From Akkermansiaceae bacterium (GTDB lineage Bacteria; Verrucomicrobiota; Verrucomicrobiia; Verrucomicrobiales; Akkermansiaceae), in contig JBPOGF010000010.1 of the NCBI GenBank assembly GCA_051251915.1, positions 90,324 through 154,323 on the forward strand: a stretch of DNA of 64,000 bases, in the 5' to 3' direction. Of this stretch, positions 61,610-64,000 are shown piece by piece (position 1 is the first letter of the stretch; each line of letters begins with the position of its first letter). Both the position numbers and the translations under genes were made by a program. Below the pieces are notes generated by a model. The model saw only the letters and a program-made list of their open reading frames with translations, was not told the DNA's origin and did no database searches.

Positions 61610-62761
61610 ATGGAAAATAAAGTAGTTAAAACAATGATCGGTGCAGTAGCTCTCTCAGGAGTAGCTCTTGCTGGACCAGTAGCAGGACCTATGCCAGCAC
61701 CAGCAGGTGGAGGGTACTGTGACACACTAGAAATGCTCGGTGGAAGTATCTACGAAGGTGGATTCATCAACTCAGTTAAATTGACAGGACGTGCGCATCT
61801 CAATGCAGCATACACTGAAGGTGACGTTAATAGCGCAGACTTCGATGACACATATCTCGAGCTTCGTCGTTTTAGAATCGGAACAAAGATCCAATTCCTC
61901 AACGACTTCACACTCGTAGCAGCAGCTGACATGAATAAGAACAGCTCAAGAGATGACGTGAGATTCGGATACAAGCAAATGGACGAGTTATACCTTAAGT
62001 ATGCATTCGGTGATGTAATGGGACTAGAGAAAGTATCAGTAGCTTACGGACGCATGAAGCATGAGTTCACAGCTGAAGGATCTACTTCTTCTAACAGCCT
62101 CAAGACAGTTGAGCGTTCAGTAATTGCAAACCAGTTCTACGGGGGAATCCGTGCTACTGGAGCTAAGGTATCAGCTACATCAGGTGCATTCAAAGGTGCT
62201 CTTGGAGTGTTCTCAACAGAATCTGATAGCCAAGAGATCAGTGACTGGAATCACGGCACAGCTCTCTACGGAAGCTTAGCATATGACGCACCATGTGGAG
62301 GAACAGTAACTCTTCAAGGTCTTTCAAATGATGTTTCTTCAGGAGATGACGATCGCTTCGGTTACGACTGGGCAGTATCACTTGCTTACGAAAACACATT
62401 TGGTAACTGGAATCTTCTTGTGAACGGAATCACAGGTGAAGAGACAAATGGCGACAGCACATCTGGCTTAGTCATTATGCCTACTACATTCATTGTTCCC
62501 GACACTGTTGAGTTTGTAGCTCGTTACGAGTATGCAACTTCAGACGGAGACAACATCGGCCTCAGCCGTTATTCAGGTGATGCATCTGGAGCAGGATCAC
62601 GTTTTGATGATCGTCATGCACTCTATGCAGGTCTTAATTACTATGTATGTGGCAACAAAGCGAAGGTGCAAGTTGGTGCTGAGTATGAGACTGCTGAAGG
62701 ATCAGACAGTGCAGATGCTGATGCAACTACACTCTGGCTCGGATTCCGTACAAGCTTCTAA
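61610..62761 (+). CDS. Outer-membrane porin (OprO/OprP-like)
   Basis: Signal peptide, ELRRFRIG, SSNSLKTVERS, GLNYY, terminal F; codon bias of a highly expressed gene. Confidence 0.85.
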   Translation: MENKVVKTMIGAVALSGVALAGPVAGPMPAPAGGGYCDTLEMLGGSIYEGGFINSVKLTGRAHLNAAYTEGDVNSADFDDTYLELRRFRIGTKIQFLNDFTLVAAADMNKNSSRDDVRFGYKQMDELYLKYAFGDVMGLEKVSVAYGRMKHEFTAEGSTSSNSLKTVERSVIANQFYGGIRATGAKVSATSGAFKGALGVFSTESDSQEISDWNHGTALYGSLAYDAPCGGTVTLQGLSNDVSSGDDDRFGYDWAVSLAYENTFGNWNLLVNGITGEETNGDSTSGLVIMPTTFIVPDTVEFVARYEYATSDGDNIGLSRYSGDASGAGSRFDDRHALYAGLNYYVCGNKAKVQVGAEYETAEGSDSADADATTLWLGFRTSF

Positions 62762-62806
62762 TCCTTTGGGATAAGAAATTTGTTCGATTACGACTTATCA
62801 TATTTC

Positions 62807-62840
62807 AAAACGCGGTTTCTTCGGAAGTCGCGTTTTTTTT
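62807..62840 (+). terminator. Intrinsic terminator (intron target)
   Basis: AAAACGCGGTTTC-TTCG-GAAGTCGCGTTTT; the T tract is 8 nt. Confidence 0.9.
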
Positions 62841-64000
62841 GTGTGCCCGGCAGGGCACACTGACTTGAGGGTTTAAGTCCCCTGTGGGCTCGGCAGAGAG
62901 AACCACTAGCAGACAGCAAGGTTATGATCGTGAGGTCATGGCTGAAGGAAGCTGATAAGCAAAACATTGCCCTGATGAACAAGAACTACATAGGAGGCGA
63001 CAACATCGGATGAGAAGCCAAAAATCTTCAAAGTCCAATATCTGCACGGAAGGTGTTGGCGTATATGTGGCAGGGATAAATGTGGAGGTCAGTGTGCATT
63101 ACCCGGGGAGATCTGTTGCTTTGTCAAGGAAGCGACTACTTGCATCAAGAGGTGTGAGGAAGAAGCAACAGAAGTCAGCCGAGAGCATAGTAGGACGTGT
63201 CGATCCGTCTGAAGGCTCGAACACAACAGAGCCAATGAACACCAAATATGGCTAACAACGAAACAGAAGCAGACAAGAAACCTGAGATGGTAGAACCAGA
63301 ACGAGAGAGCAACGGACAGTATCTGTTAGGGTATCGCGATGGTGTTTCAAGCGTTGGGTCAAAGATGGAGCATGTTCATTGCAGCAAACCGAGCCTCATG
63401 GAGGCAGTGATCGACAGAAGTAACATGTGGAAGGCTTTACGCAGAGTAAAGTCCAACAAAGGAGGGGCGGGAATCGATGGAATGACCGTGGAAGAACTCC
63501 CTCAATGGCTCAGTCAACACTGGGTCATGATCAAAGAAAAGCTACTCGACGGTAGCTACCAACCACAGCCTGTAAAGGCAGTGGACATACCCAAACCAGA
63601 CGGAGGGGTAGGAACATTAGGCATACCCACTGTGATAGATCGCTTGATCCAACAAGCCATCGCACAAGTGCTAGACCCAATATTCGATCCCCACTTTTCA
63701 GAAACCAGCTACGGCTTCCGAGCAGGCAAGAATGCAAAACAAGCAGTGCGAAAAGCACAAAGCTATCAGCATGAAGGCAAGCGGTGGGTTGTAGATCTAG
63801 ATCTCGAAAAGTTTTTCGACTACGTCAACCATGACATCCTCATGCAGAGCCTCCGAGTCAGAGTCAAGGACACCACCTTACTCAAACTCATTGGCAAATA
63901 CCTGCGAGCAGGGATCATGCGAGACGGACTCGAAAGCCAACGCCAACAAGGAACTCCACAAGGAGGACCACTCTCACCACTACTGTCTAACATTTTGTTA
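62841..64000 (+). mobile_element. Group II intron, class IIC; partial
   Basis: Starts GTGTGCCCGGCAGGG (GUGYG consensus) directly after the terminator U tract; ~400-nt RNA region including CAGAAGTCAGCCGAG; then an RT ORF. Confidence 0.92.
63248..64000 (+). CDS. ltrA: Group II intron reverse transcriptase/maturase; partial
   Basis: Translated by hand: RVKSNKGGAGIDG, IPKPDGG..LGIPTVIDRLIQQA, SYGFR, DLDLEKFFD.VNHD, GTPQGGPLSPLLSNI. Confidence 0.95.
   Translation, partial: MANNETEADKKPEMVEPERESNGQYLLGYRDGVSSVGSKMEHVHCSKPSLMEAVIDRSNMWKALRRVKSNKGGAGIDGMTVEELPQWLSQHWVMIKEKLLDGSYQPQPVKAVDIPKPDGGVGTLGIPTVIDRLIQQAIAQVLDPIFDPHFSETSYGFRAGKNAKQAVRKAQSYQHEGKRWVVDLDLEKFFDYVNHDILMQSLRVRVKDTTLLKLIGKYLRAGIMRDGLESQRQQGTPQGGPLSPLLSNILL

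Noticed and set aside
1901..62982. Many 60-170 aa ORFs antisense to or overlapping the called genes
   Set aside because: Shadow frames of well-supported CDSs with no independent motifs.
63010..63255. 81-aa ORF
   Set aside because: Falls in the structured intron RNA upstream of the RT; no recognisable protein motifs.
63248..64000. The RT as the DGR reverse transcriptase for the variable regions at 40-41 kb
   Set aside because: It has the group II motif GTPQGGPLSP and lies inside an intron RNA starting GTGTG after a terminator. No template repeat or avd-like gene is visible beside it.
1..64000. tRNA, rRNA, CRISPR arrays, integrases, transposases
   Set aside because: None recognised by eye; tRNAscan-SE, Infernal and CRISPR finders would be needed to exclude them formally.

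Overview
Bacterial chromosomal window that looks like a marine Verrucomicrobium (inferred from five PEP-CTERM genes, a Verru_Chthon-cassette-A-like gene, a PVC-type CxxCH heme protein and nine intact Cys-type sulfatases). Layout: (1) 1-29.5 kb is a sulfatase-rich region with two paralogous sensor kinases, PEP-CTERM genes, a duplicated promoter block and four sulfatase relics. (2) 29.5-39.3 kb is housekeeping-like: MocR regulator, SDR, RRM protein, stand-alone fusA, NagD-like HAD, rhomboid. (3) 39.3-41.8 kb holds two tandem FGE/C-lectin-fold PEP-CTERM genes bracketed by duplicated mazG 5' fragments. Their 113-bp C-terminal segments differ almost only at positions 1-2 of NNC codons, the signature of diversity-generating retroelement (DGR) variable regions. 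No template repeat or DGR RT was seen in the window. This is the top finding. (4) 43.5-53.2 kb is an NrtR regulon with three GT-N7-AC operators, covering NAD salvage and ADP-ribose/RNA-repair genes plus a major-vault-protein-like gene. (5) 53-62.8 kb has a desaturase, an HxlR/DinB pair, an EEP-family enzyme, a sulfatase, a His-rich permease pair, MscS and a porin. (6) From 62841 a class IIC group II intron, inserted directly after the porin terminator, runs off the right edge. All calls come from motif reading by eye; no database searches were run.
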